A DNA stretch of 64,000 nt from Azolla caroliniana (Eukaryota > Plantae > Polypodiophyta). Under the pieces are notes generated by a model. That model ran no database searches. It was not told the origin of the DNA and worked only from the letters and a program-made list of their open reading frames with translations. Numbering within the stretch: the first letter of the stretch is position 1; every line of letters starts with the position of its first letter. The stretch spans positions 11,966,001-12,030,000 of the forward strand of contig JBHGNT010000009.1 in NCBI GenBank assembly GCA_043228905.1, given 5' to 3'. Made by a program: the position numbers and the translations under genes. Below, piece by piece: positions 1 to 12,900 of this stretch.

Positions 1-496
1 AGTAGATCATCCAAATAGATGATCAAACAATCATCCAATAGATCTCGGAATATATCATTAGCCATGTGCATCGGTGGGATACCGGGAAGGATGCATTTGG
101 ATAACTAATCATACCTGGTTAAGGAACCCTCTAAACTGCGATCGCGTTCCATCGAACTTCGTGGGAAGGCCAATCTTGGGTTCTTTATGAATCCCTTGTG
201 TTCCGGGCCCATGTTATTGCATCGCTACTATGGTTGCTTCGAGTTGTTGCACGCGTAACCGAAGTTCCCCATGTTGTTGTTGTGTTTGCTGCTTTTCTAA
301 GGAGATTTGCTGAAGATCCCCCAGCAACCGTTGGTTTTCTTGTTCCAAAGCATGGAACTTCTCTTTCAAGCATTGAAATTCCGAGAAAACAGATTGATAT
401 TCTTCAGCGCTAACAGTGGCCATGGGATGAAAGAAAAGAGGAAGAAGAGATTAGTAGGAAATGAGAGAGATAGAAGGTAGGTAAATCGGTTCAAAC

Positions 497-930
497 TGTC
501 AGGAACAGTACTAAGACAGAGAAGGAATTAGTACTAAAAGAAGTATTAGTACTAAGAGAGGTGAAGAACTATCGAGACAAGGAAAGAGTGTGAGAGGGAG
601 GGAGGGAGGGAGAGAGAGAGTGTGAGTGAATGATGATAAGAAAAGATATATATTATGTGAAGAAAATGTACAGTAGGTAGGAAGGAGGCTTAAGACTGGC
701 GTTGAACCGATTTGGTTCGAAATAATGCCTTGTGCCTCCTTTTATAGTGTTCTAAGGAATACTCCTGAAGTTTCTAGAATGTTCTAGAGAAATCTGGAAT
801 ATACATCAATTTTCTATAATAAAACATAAATGAAAATAATATTTTATGTATTACAATGTATAGTCTAATGGTGGAGAGCTCGACCCATGTAGTATAAGGT
901 CATGGGTTCGATTCTTGCCATATCATGACA
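497..930 (-). repeat. LTR of Tcn1-like family A
   Basis: TG...CA termini, TATA-like CTATAAAAG and a (GA)n tract; homologous to 1725-2154, 8292-8722, 13492-13927 and 57303-57767. Confidence 0.93.
855..922 (+). other. tRNA-like Pol III A/B-box cassette in the family A LTR (antisense to the element)
   Basis: TAGTCTAATGG (861-871) and GGTTCGATTC (905-914), starts 44 nt apart as in tRNA genes. Confidence 0.7.
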
Positions 931-939
931 CGTTGCCTT

Positions 940-1650
940 CTAATGAAATGATGTAGCCGAGAAGGACTTTGGCTCTTCGGGGAAGGTCAATAGTAAATCC
1001 TTGATGTCGTTGCATAAACCATAATGGAATTGCTCCATCAACGCTTGATCATCCCAAGGGATATCGGAGGCGAGTAGGCGAAAATCTGCAGCGTATGCGG
1101 AGGCTGGACGGTGGCGTAATCGCCGGATTTTGTTGATTGCGGTCCTAATGCTCTCAGTATCTCCGAAACATGCTTTAAACTCACCTAGAAACTCTTCAAA
1201 ATTGTTGAGTAACGGAGATTCCTTTTCTAATAGTAGAGCGAACCATGATAACGCTGAGTCACTTAACAAAGTGCCTATTAAACCCACTCGTGATGCATCG
1301 GTGGGATATCGGGAAGGATGCATTTGGATAACTAATCGTACTTGGTTAAGGAACCCTCTAAACTGTGATCGCTTTCCATCGAACTTCATGGGAAGGCCAA
1401 TCTTGGGTTCTTTATGAATCCCTTGTGTTCCAGGCCCTTGTTGTTGCATCACTACGATGGTTGCTTCGAGTTGTTGCACGCGTAACGCAAGTTCCCCATG
1501 TTGTTGTTGCTTTTGCTGCTTTTCTAAGGAGATTTGCTGAAGATCCCCCAACAACCATTGGTTTTCTTGTTCCAAAGCATGGAACTTCTCCTTCAAGCAT
1601 TGAAATTCCGAGAAAACATATTGATATTCTTCAGCGCTAACAGTGGCCAT
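940..1650 (-). pseudogene. gag: gag (Tf1/sushi/PEG10-type capsid), C-terminally deleted
   Basis: EPKIGLPMKFDG...LSDSALSWF...YAADFRLLA...FHYGL motifs. Confidence 0.88.
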
Positions 1651-1820
1651 GGGATGAAAGAAAAGAGGAATAAAAGATTAGTAGGAAATGATAGAGATAG
1701 AAGGTAGGGAAAATTGGTTCAATCCGTCATAAACAGTACTGAGACAGAGAAGGAATTAGTACTAAACGAAGGATTAGTACTATGAGAGGTGTGGAACTTC
1801 TTCGAGAGAAGGAAGAAGTG

Positions 1821-1859
<39 letters not shown>

Positions 1860-2078
1860 TGATAAGAAAGATATGTATTATATGAAGAGAATATACAATG
1901 GTGGCTAAAAGGCTTAAGACTGGCGTTGAACCAATTTGGTTCAACATAATGCCTAGTGCCCTCTTTTATAGTGTTTTCAAGAGTAATCCTAAAGCTTCTA
2001 GAATTTTCCAGAGAAATCTGGAATATACACTAATTTCCTATAATAAAATGTAAATGAAAATAATATCCTACGTATTAC

Positions 2079-2146
2079 AATAGATGATCTAATGGTCAAG
2101 AGCTCGACCCATATAACCTAAGGTCATGGGTTCGATTCTCGCCATA
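2079..2146 (+). other. tRNA-like A/B-box cassette in the A2 LTR
   Basis: TGATCTAATGG (2085-2095) and GGTTCGATTC (2129-2138). Confidence 0.7.
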
Positions 2147-2154
2147 TCATGACA

Positions 2155-5100
2155 AAGAGTGGTTCTCTGAAGCCGGAGACGACACCCCTCACCCGATTGT
2201 GCATGTCGGAGAAGTCCCTTTAAGACATGTCGGACAAAAAGGGAAGCTGATAAACGTATTACATGTTCCGACCATCACAAAGAACCTGGTGTCAGTTGGA
2301 CAAATCGTTGAGCAAGGGATGCAGGTGCGGTTTACGCATCTCGGGTGCTTCATCGAAGAAGAAAGCCGGATAATAGCACAAGGGCGCAGGGAAGGGAGGA
2401 TGTTTATCCTCAACACTAATGACGTCGGCACCACTATGTTTGTGAAAGGGCAGAAGGTCAACTTAGACATCGACCTGTGGCACAAGCGGATCAGCCACGT
2501 CAATTACCAGAGGCTTCAAGACCTACAATCGAAACAAGTCGTTTTCGGTTTGCCGAAATTTGTGAAGCTTGCCAACTCGGGAAGCAACACTGGCTTCCAT
2601 TCCCCACCGAACAAAATTGGAGCTGTAATAAGCTCGATCTAATCCATTCAGCTGTACAGGGACCGACACAAAACAATAGTCTTGGCGGGAGTCAGTATTT
2701 CGTCTTCTTCATCGACGACTACAGCTGGCACACATGGATCTACCTCATCGAGAGGAAGAGTGAAGTCTTCGAATGTTTCCAGAACTTGCAAAGCTTAGTT
2801 GAATGGTAAACGGAGAGGAAGGTCAAGTGCTTGCGGTCAGATGGTGGAAAAGAATACTTTTCTAGCCAATTTAACCGTTATCTATAGCATAACGGAATTT
2901 GGAGGGAATTTAGCTGCAGATACACACCGGAGCAAAACGGTGAGTCCGAAAGGAAGAACCAGTCAATTGTTGATGCAGCAAGGGCAATGCTGGAGGAGAA
3001 GAGCATGCCCCAATTCTACTGGGCTGAGACGGTCCGGACAACCATCTACATCCAAAACCGGATCGGTGACAATGTGTCAGCACATGAGTTGTATTTTGGG
3101 CAAAAGCCGAATTTGCGACACCTTCAGATATTCGGTAGCATAACATATGTGCATGTACCAGATGAGAAGCGGAGGAAGTTGGATCCGAAGTTAGAGAAGT
3201 GCATCCTAGTTGGTTACTCGCATGAGCAAAAGGGGTATAAGTGTTATAACCCCAGAGTAAGCAGGTCCGAGTAAGCCGAGATGTCGAGTTTGATGAGACA
3301 GCATCATGGTACTCCTTACCGACTCCAACTCCCGATGAAGACCCGATTCCGGAGGTCCAAGAAGAAGATGAAGATTTTGGCACTCTAGAAGAGAGTCTGA
3401 TCTCATTCCGGTTGAGTGGACTGAATGAGCGGTTGAGTCGGGATGACCTGTCGGATGAAGAACCGGCGAGCTCTTCAGTGGTCTCCCCGTGCAAGGAACT
3501 GAGGAGATGGTTCACACGCAAAGAGAATGGGAAGCAGAAACTGTCAGAATACGAAACCGGCGACGTTGAGTTGGATCAGAGTGAATCCGACTCCGGAAAA
3601 GATAAAGGCGGATCTTCGGGAACAAAGCCCGAACCGGCTAAGAAGGGACCTACACCGGGTAATGACAAGTTACGCCGGTCTTCCCGCCAGAAGAACCCCG
3701 TTACGCGCTACGTGTACAATTAGTACATGGCACATCATTATGCATTCATGACTAAGGTGGCGGAAGTGCGTGAGCCGGAGAGCTACGCAGAAGCAACAAA
3801 GGAAGAAAATTGGCGTGGCGCTATGGAGGAAGAAATGAGGGCACTAGATGCCAACGATATATGGGACCTCATTGACCCTCCCCGACACTATAAACCGATT
3901 GGTTACAAATGGGTGTACAAGGTAAAGTACAATGTCGACGGTTTGGTTAACCGGTACAAGGCTCGGTTAGTAGCGAAGGGATACGCACAGACCCAAGGAA
4001 TCGACTATGACGAGACCTTCGCTCTGGTAGCGAAGATGACTATGGTTCGTGTGGTACTGGTGGTTGTTGCGGCAAGGGGGTGGCATCTTCACCAGATGGA
4101 TGTGAAGAATGTGTTTCTTGAAGGTGACCTTGAAGAACGGGTCTATATGATCCAACCTCCCGGTTTTCAATTGAACATGAACAAGTCGGCGGTGTGCCGG
4201 CTTAAGAAGTTGCTTTACAGTATGAAACAAGCCCCCGAGCTTGGAATTCGAAGATTACGCACCGGTTGCATAAGATGGGGTTTGTGACCTCTAAATCCGA
4301 CTCATCGTTGTTCATCCGGCAAGGTCCAGACGGTCCTATTTGCATCTTACTTTATATAGATGATTTGGTCATAACTAGGCCCGAACTCAATGAAATCGGC
4401 TGTGTCAAGTCCCAACTGTCGGACGCATTTGAGATGAAGGATCTAGGGGACCATCATTATTTCCATGGGATTGAAGTGATCCCAACCGCCGACGGCATAT
4501 TGCTCTCACAACGACACTATGTGTTGAATATGTTGTACAAGTTCGGCATGACGGGGTGCTGACTTGTCTCCATACCCCTGGACCGGAACTAGAAGCTCCG
4601 TCCCAACTCCGAACCGGCCTGCGATGAGAAACAGTTCTGACAAATAGTCGGAAGCTTGATATACTTCACAATCACTCAACCCAACATCAGTTATCCGATC
4701 AAAGTGATCAGCCAGTTTATGCATAAGCCGACCATCGAGCACCTTCAGTGCCCACATCGGATACTCCGGTATGTGAGCAACACGAAGGACCGGGGACTAT
4801 TATACCCACATGGTATAACCAAAGATCTAGTCGGATATACAGATGACGACTAGCCCGGTGATGCATCGGATCGCCGATCCACCTCCGGTTACATGTTTTC
4901 TCTAGGTAGCGCGGTTGTTGCGTGAAACAACAAGAAGCAATCGACAGTGGCTCTGTCGAGCACTAAGGCTCAATATTGGAGTGCTACCTATTAGGCAGAT
5001 AAGCACCAAAGTCGCAGCAACGAGGGAGCTGAAATGGGCCTATTAGGCAGATAAGCCGACCGAGGAGGTGGAAGTGCGCAGAACCAGAAGGGTCGCAGCA

Positions 5101-5410
5101 TACAAGACCGGACCAGACGAGGTGCGCAAGTAAGGCGGAGCAACACCTGAAGGAGCCGCGTAGAAGAACTAGTTGCTGCAGACACTAACACCACGATCCG
5201 ACCTCTAGTTGAGCTTGAGGGGGAGTGTTGAGAGAGCAAGCTCAACCAGATCCGGATCGGCATGCGGAAGAATGAGCCAGATTGGTATCCGGAAACAACC
5301 GGCCGGTTCAGGGAGACGGATCGGAGAGCCGGATTCGAGCGGGAAACGGAAGCCTAGTAGTAGCCTAGACTACTAGATAATCATTGTCTCGTAGTTAGTG
5401 TCAATCCCAC
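2155..5410 (+). mobile_element. pol: Ty1/copia B, 3' part: end of PR, GAG-pre-integrase, INT, RT, partial RH, PPT and truncated 3' LTR (5226-5410)
   Basis: LWHKRISH, FIDDYS, FYWAE, YKARLVAKG, HQMDVKN and LLYIDDL motifs, broken by stops and frameshifts. PPT GAGGGGGAG (5217-5225) is followed by TGTTGAG, homologous to LTR 15036-15503. Confidence 0.92.
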
Positions 5411-8291
5411 GTGCAACAACTCAAAGCAACCATCGTAGCGATGCAACAACAAGGGATTCATAAAGAACCAAAGATTGGCCTTCCCATGAAGTTCGATGGA
5501 ACGCGATCGCAGTTTAGAGGGTTCCTGAACCAGGTACGATTAGTTATTCAAATGCATCCTTCCCGGTATCCAACCGATACATCACGAGTGCATTTAGTAG
5601 GCACTTTGTTAAGTGGCTCGGCGTTGTCATGGTTTGCTCCACTATTAGAAAAGGAATCCCTATTACTCAACAATTTTGAAGAGTTTCTAGGTGAGTTTAA
5701 AGCATGTTTCGGAGATACTGACAGCATCAGGACCGCAATCAACAAAATTCGGCGATTACGCCAAGGTAACCGTCCAGCCTCCGCATACGCTGCAGATTTT
5801 CGCCTACTCGCCGCCGATATCCCTTGGGATGATCAAGCGTTGATGGAGCAATTTCGTTATGGTTTACGCAACGACGTCAAGGATTTACTCTTGGCCTTGC
5901 CCGAACAGCCAAAGTCCTTTACAGAAGCAATCAGTCGCGCGGTGAGATGTGACAACCGCCTCTTTGAGCTACATTCAGAAAGACAGCTACAGATGCCGAG
6001 GCCAAGATTAGAGCCCACCTACGCCTCAGTGGTAGCAAGACCTTTTCTGAGGGAGTCATATAATGCGCCTCCAGTGAATACTCCGACTCCGATGGAGATT
6101 GACACTGCATGTCGTCGAGGGCCATTATCCGAAGAAGAAAAGCAGTGACGCCGTACAAATCGACTATGTCTTTACTGCGGTAGACCAAGACATATCGCAA
6201 TAAATTGCCCCCATAGGCCTCGAAGACAGGTAAACCAAATAGTCGCTAGGTCTAATTGTACTAAACCTGAGCCTATTTCACTAGGAGTATCTGATAGTCC
6301 TAATAGTACTAATAGCCCAGATCTAACGAACAAATTTGATGTCCTTAGTCAGTTAGGAGAAGAGTTAAACGACTAAGTCCAACCAAAATAGGAGCCGTTT
6401 GGTTCGACAGCCCAAGATCTGTGCAGCCCATTAGTGGTTCCATTACCTCTAAGCAAGTTAGTGATGTGTTCGTAGCCCAAGTAATAGTTAGTACTAAAAT
6501 TACCCCTCCAGTACATGTCCTAGCACTCCTAGATTCCGGAGCTAACTCTTACTTTATGGATAAGAAATTTGCTCAAGCTCATAAGATATCCCTAAGAAAA
6601 CTCCAGTGTCCAGCCTCTGTAGTAGTCATTGATGGACGTGCCATTGCTTCCGGAAATATCATAGAAGAGTCAGAGCCCATTAATATTGTCCTAGATAACT
6701 TAGCATGTGTAGTATCATTTAATATTATTAGTATCCCAGAACATCCCATAGTTTTAGGATTACCGTGGTTCGAGTTACATAACCCAGACATATATTGGAG
6801 AACAAGAGAAATCCGGTGTCGACAAACCCAAGGGTCAACTCAGAAGATGGCAACCATTTCGATACGTCAATTGCGTAAAGAAGGGCACGAGGAGGAAATG
6901 TTCCTCTTTGCAATATCAGTTAACCCATCCAGCACCACTACCGAACAATCCATCGTTCAACTTCCCGAGAAGTATCGTCATTACGCCGATGTGTTCGATA
7001 AAGTACAAGCCAACACACTTCCTCATCATCGACTGTACGATTGCCCCATCGATTTACAACCGGGAAAAGAGCCGCCATGGGGACCGATCTACAATTTGTC
7101 ACCAACCGAGCTAGAAGTCCTTCGGGCCTATATAGAGGAGAATTTGGAAAATGGTTTCATATGACATTCGAAATCTCTATCCGACGCGCCCATTTTCTTC
7201 GTCAAGAAAAAAGATGGATCACTTCGTCTCGTTGTAGATTACCGTGGCTTGAATAAGGTTACAATCAGGAATAGGTATGCTCTTCCCCTTATCTCAAGTC
7301 TTTTAGAACGGATCAATGGTGCCAGGTTCTTTACGAAGATCGACTTACGGGGAGCATATAACCTCGTACGGATCCGACCAGGAGACGAATGGAAGACCGC
7401 ATTTCACACTAGATATGAGCACTTCGAGTATACGGTCATGCCGTTCGGCCTCACTAATGCACGGGCAGTCTTCCAGCACATGGCTAATGATATATTCCGA
7501 GATCTATTGGATGATTGTTTGATCATCTATTTGGATGATCTACTGGTTTATTCAAAGACCCAAGAAGAACATGATTCTCATGTACTATTTGTACTAAAAC
7601 GACTTCTAGAACATGGTCTGTATGCAAAGCTGGAAAAATGTAGTTTCGGGTGCAAAGAAGTGGAATTTCTTGGCTACATCATTTCGTCAGAAGGCATCTC
7701 CATAGACCCAGCTAAGGTCAAAACGGTGGTAGAATGGCAGACTCCACGTTCGGTGTGGGATGTGCAAAGCTTCCTAGGCTTTGCCAATTTTTACCGGAAG
7801 TTCATACAAGATTACTCAAAGATCGTTCTACCTCTCACACAACTTACCAGGAAGGGACAACCGTTCATTTGGTCTGAAGAAACGAACGTGGCTTTCGAGA
7901 GTCTTAAAAAGGCATTTACATCGGCTCCAATTCTAGCTCATGTCGATACGGAAAAATCATTTATTATCGAAGCTAATGCATCGGATTTTGCATTGGGGAG
8001 CATTCTGTCACAATAGGGGAATGATGAGAAGCTACATCCTGTGGCTTTTCACTCACGCAAGTTTGACGACGCCGAAATGAACTACGAAATTCATGATAAG
8101 GAGCTATTTGCAATAGTGGATTCTTTTATGCAATGGAGGCATTTTCTGGAGGGATCCTCTCATCCGGTCACCGTATTTAGTGATCACAAGAACCTTGCCT
8201 ACTTTCAGGATGCTCGTGTGTTGAATCGACGTCAAGCTCGGTGGGCCCACTTCCTCACGCGTTTCGACTTCAAAATTACATATCGTTCGGG
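5411..8291 (+). mobile_element. Tcn1-like family A internal fragment (gag, PR, RT, RH)
   Basis: Gag ORF 5411-6148, CLYC zinc knuckle, protease LLDSGA, RT YLDD, RH EANASD and FSDHKNL. Confidence 0.93.
6364..6408 (+). promoter_or_regulatory. Putative -1 ribosomal frameshift signal between gag and pol (also at 9935-9979 and 59042-59086)
   Basis: G_TTA_AAC, 6-nt spacer, stem GTCCAACCAAA/TTTGGTT(C/G)GAC. The pol frame is -1 to gag and open from 6364. Confidence 0.75.
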
Positions 8292-8557
8292 GACCTTAGG
8301 TTACATGGGTCGAGCTCTTGACCATTAGACCATCTATTGTAATACGTAGGATATTATTTTTATTTACATTTTATTATAGGAAATTAGTGTATATTCCAGA
8401 TTTCTCTGGAACATTCTAGAAGCTTCAGGATTACTCATGAAAAAACTATAAAAGAGGGCACTAGGCATTATGTTGAACCAAATTGGTTCAATGCCAGTCT
8501 TAAGCCTTTTAGCCACCATTGTATATTCTCTTCATATAATACATATCTTTCTTATCA

Positions 8558-8617
<60 letters not shown>

Positions 8618-8795
8618 CCTCTCACTCACTCCTTCCTTCTCTCGAAGAAGTTCTACACCTCTCATAGTAATAATCCTTCGTTTAGTACTAATTCCTTCTC
8701 TGTCTCAGTATTGTTCCTGACAGTTTGAACCAAATTTTCTACCTTCTATCTCTATCATTTCCTACTTATCTCTTATTCCTCTTTTCTTTCATCCC

Positions 8796-9947
8796 ATGAC
8801 AATTGTTAGGGCTGAAGAATATCAATCTGTTTTCTCGGAATTTCAATGCTTGAAGGAGAAGTTCCATGCTTTGGAACAAGAAAACCAATGGTTGCTGTGG
8901 GATCTTCAGCAAATCTCCTTAGAAAAGCAACAAAAGCAACAACAACATGGGGAACTTGCATTACGCGTGCAACAACTCGAAGCAACCATCGTAGCGATGC
9001 AACAACAAGGGCCCGGAACACAAGGGATTTATAAAGAACCCAAGATTGGCCTTCCCACGAAGTTCAATGGAACGCGATCGTAGTTTAGAGGGTTCTTTAA
9101 CTAGGTACGATTAGTTATCCAAATGCATCCTTCCCGATATCCCACCGATGCATCACGAGTGGGTTTAGTAGGCACTTTGTTAAGTGGCTCAGCGTTGTCA
9201 TAGTTCGCTCCACTATTAGAAAAGGAATCTCCGTTTCTCAACAATTTTGAAGAGTTTCTAGGTGAGTTTAAAGCATGTTTCGGAGATACTGACAGCATCA
9301 GGACCGCAATCAACAAAATTCGGCGATTACGCCAAGGTAACCGTCCAGCCTCCGCATACGCTGCAGATTTTCGCCTACTCGCCGCCGATATCCCTTGGGA
9401 TGATCAAGCGTTGATGGAGCAATTTCGTTATGGTTTACGCAACGACGTCAAGGATTTACTCTTGGCCTTGCCCAAACAGCCAAAGTCCTTTACAGAAGCA
9501 ATCAGTCGCGCGGTGAGATGTGACAACCGCCTCTTTGAGCTACATTCAGAAAGACAGCTACAGATGCCGAGGCCAAGATTAGAGCCCACCTACGCCTCAG
9601 TGGTAGCAAGACCTTTTCTGAGGGAGTCATATAATGCGCCTCCAGTGAATACTCCGACTCCGATGGAGATTGACACTGCATGTCGTCGAGGGCCATTATC
9701 CGAAGAAGAAAAGCAGTGACGCCGTACAAATCGACTATGTCTTTACTGCGGTAGACCAAGACATATCGCAATAAATTGCCCCCATAGGCCTCGAAGACAG
9801 GTAAACCAAATAGTCGCTAGGTCTAATTGTACTAAACCTGAGCCTATTTCACTAGGAGTATCTGATAGTCCTAATAGTACTAATAGCCCAGATCTAACGA
9901 ACAAATTTGATGTCCTTAGTCAGTTAGGAGAAGAGTTAAACGACTAA
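8796..9947 (+). pseudogene. gag: gag with premature stops
   Basis: ORF pieces 8796-9083 and 9411-9719, then the zinc knuckle. Confidence 0.88.
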
Positions 9948-12900
9948 GTCCAACCAAAATAGGAGCCGTTTGGTTCGACAGCCCAAGATCTGTGCAGCCC
10001 ATTAGTGGTTCCATTACCTCTAAGCAAGTTAGTGATGTGTTCGTAGCCCAAGTAATAGTTAGTACTAAAATTACCCCTCCAGTACATGTCCTAGCACTCC
10101 TAGATTCCGGAGCTAACTCTTACTTTATGGATAAGAAATTTGCTCAAGCTCATAAGATATCCCTAAGAAAACTCCAGTGTCCAGCCTCTGTAGTAGTCAT
10201 TGATGGACGTGCCATTGCTTCCGGAAATATCATAGAAGAGTCAGAGCCCATTAATATTGTCCTAGATAACTTAGCATGTGTAGTATCATTTAATATTATT
10301 AGTATCCCAGAACATCCCATAGTTTTAGGATTACCGTGGTTCGAGTTACATAACCCAGACATATATTGGAGAACAAGAGAAATCCGGTGTCGACAAACCC
10401 AAGGGTCAACTCAGAAGATGGCAACCATTTCGATACGTCAATTGCGTAAAGAAGGGCACGAGGAGGAAATGTTCCTCTTTGCAATATCAGTTAACCCATC
10501 CAGCACCACTACCGAACAATCCATCGTTCAACTTCCCGAGAAGTATTGTCATTACGCCGATGTGTTCGATAAAGTACAAGCCAACACACTTCCTCATCAT
10601 CGACTGTACGATTGCCCCATCGATTTACAACCGGGAAAAGAGCCGCCATGGGGACCGATCTACAATTTGTCACCAACCGAGCTAGAAGTCCTTCGGGCCT
10701 ATATAGAGGAGAATTTGGAAAATGGTTTCATATGACATTCGAAATCTCTATCCGACGCGCCCATTTTCTTCGTCAAGAAAAAAGATGGATCGCTTCGTCT
10801 CGTTGTAGATTACCGTGGCTTGAATAAGGTTACAATCAGGAATAGGTATGCTCTTCCCCTTATCTCAAGTCTTTTAGAACGGATCAATGGTGCCAGGTTC
10901 TTTACGAAGATCGACTTACGGGGAGCATATAACCTCGTACGGATCCGACTAGGAGACGAATGGAAGACCGCGTTTCGCACCAGATATGGGCACTTCGAGT
11001 ATACGGTCATGCCGTTCGGCCTCACTAATGCGCCGGCAATCTTCTAGCACATGGCTAATGATATATTCCGAGATCTATTGGACGATTGTTTGATCATCTA
11101 TTTGGATGATCTACTGGTTTATTCAAAGACCCAAGAAGAACATGATTCTCATGTACTATTAGTACTAAAACGACTTCGAGAACATGGTCTGTATGCAAAG
11201 TTGGAAAAATGTAGTTTCGGTTGCAACCAAGGGGAATTTCTTGGCTACGTCATTTCTTCAGAAGCCATCTCCATGGACCCAGCTAAGGTCAAAATGGTGG
11301 TAGAATGGCAGACTCCGCGTTTGGTGGGGGATGTGCAAAGCTTCCTAGGCTTTGCCAATTTTTACCGGAAGTTCATACAAGATTACTCAAAGATCGTTCT
11401 ACCTCTCACACAACTTACCAAGAAGGGACAACCGTTCATCTGGTCTGAAGAAACGGACGTGGCTTTTGAGAGTCTTAAAAATGCATTTACATCGGCTCCA
11501 ATTCTAGCTCATGTCGATCCGGAAAAAGCATTCATTATCGAAGCTGACGCATCGGATTTTGCATTGGGGAGCATTCTGTCACAACAGGGGAATGATGAGA
11601 AGCTACATCCTGTGGCTTTTCACTCACGCAAGTTTGACGCCGCCGAAATAACAACGAAATTCATGATAAGGAGCTATTGGTAATAGTAGATTCTTTTATG
11701 CAATTGAGGCATTTTCTGGAGGGATCCTCTCATCCGGTCACCGTATTTAGTGATCACAAGAATCTTGTCTACTTTTAGAATGCTCCTGTGTTGAATCGAC
11801 GTCAAGCTCGGTGGGCGCACTTCCTCACGCGTTTCAACTTCAAAATTCCATATCATCTGGGGAAGCACCAAGGGAAGGCATAATCATTATCACAACGTTT
11901 GTATCTAGCACCCCGTCCCGGCGAGCCAGCTTTCGATAACCAAAAACAAGTCATCTTGGGACCGGCACGACTACAAGCAACACAGATCTTTGACATGCCC
12001 ATGGATTCCCGCGTTATCGATACCATACGTGAAGAGTTGAAGACAGATGTGTTCGCCCAAGCTATACGAGCACAAATTGATCCCTCTCGAGCGTCGTGTT
12101 CACAATCACAACCACGAGGTACGGACTATCGGCAATTCAAATACCATGATGGATTACTCTTCTTAAAGAACTTTTGTATGTTCCTAATGGTTCTTGCCGC
12201 CTTCGAGTAGTTCAAAACTGTCGTGACACATATACAGCTGGGCATTTTGGTAGTACTAAAACATTACATTTAGTGCAACGATCATTCTGGTGGCCCTATA
12301 TGCGACAATTTGTCGAGGATTTTGTTCGGACTTGTGATACATGTTGCAGAGCGAAAATGCCAAGGCATCATCCATATGGTTTATTAGTACCATTACCAAT
12401 TCCAAGCAAGCTGTGGCAATCCATTGCTCTAGACTTCATCACAAATCTTCCAGTCTCTAAGGGGTTCAATGCGATTCTAACGGTGGTCGATCGATACACG
12501 AAGATGGCTCATTTCTTGCCATGTACTAAGGAGATCTCCAGTGAAGACACTGCCGAAATTGTCATGCGTGAAGTATGTCGGCATCATGAACTTCCCGATA
12601 GTATCATCAGCGACTGTGGACCCCAGTTCGTGTCAAAATTCTGGAAGCACCTTTTTAACATGCTCAAGGTCACTTGTAACCTCTCCTCCAGCTACCACCC
12701 ACAAACCGACGGCAAGCTGAACGAACAAATCAAACGTTGGAGCAGTATCTGCGGTGCTTTCTCAACTATCATCAAGATGATTGGGCAAATATTCTCCACT
12801 TCGCCGAATTTGCCTATAACAACTCTATCCACGCATCCGATTTCACCCCCGGTGGAGTGTATTTGAAACCCCAGAGGTGTCCAAAAATCCGTGCGCGGAG

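Larger units (their letters stand above)
1..930 (-). mobile_element. Tcn1-like Ty3/gypsy copy A1: 5' LTR (497-930), truncated gag (423 to ~70) fused by deletion to an RT fragment (1-69); runs off the window
   Basis: LTR reads TGTCATGA...CCTGACA on the minus strand. Gag starts MATVSAEEYQ. Bases 1-69 encode HMANDIFRDLLDDCLIIYLDDLL (RT YLDD), matching 7477-7545. Confidence 0.9.
931..2154 (-). mobile_element. Tcn1-like copy A2: 5' LTR (1725-2154), gag (1650-960) and a ~30-bp RT remnant, interrupted by A1
   Basis: ORF 940-1650 is a retrotransposon Gag. Bases 931-960 match the RT segment LGYIISSEG. Flanked by AAGAG (2155-2159), the reverse complement of the CTCTT TSD at 13928. Confidence 0.9.
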
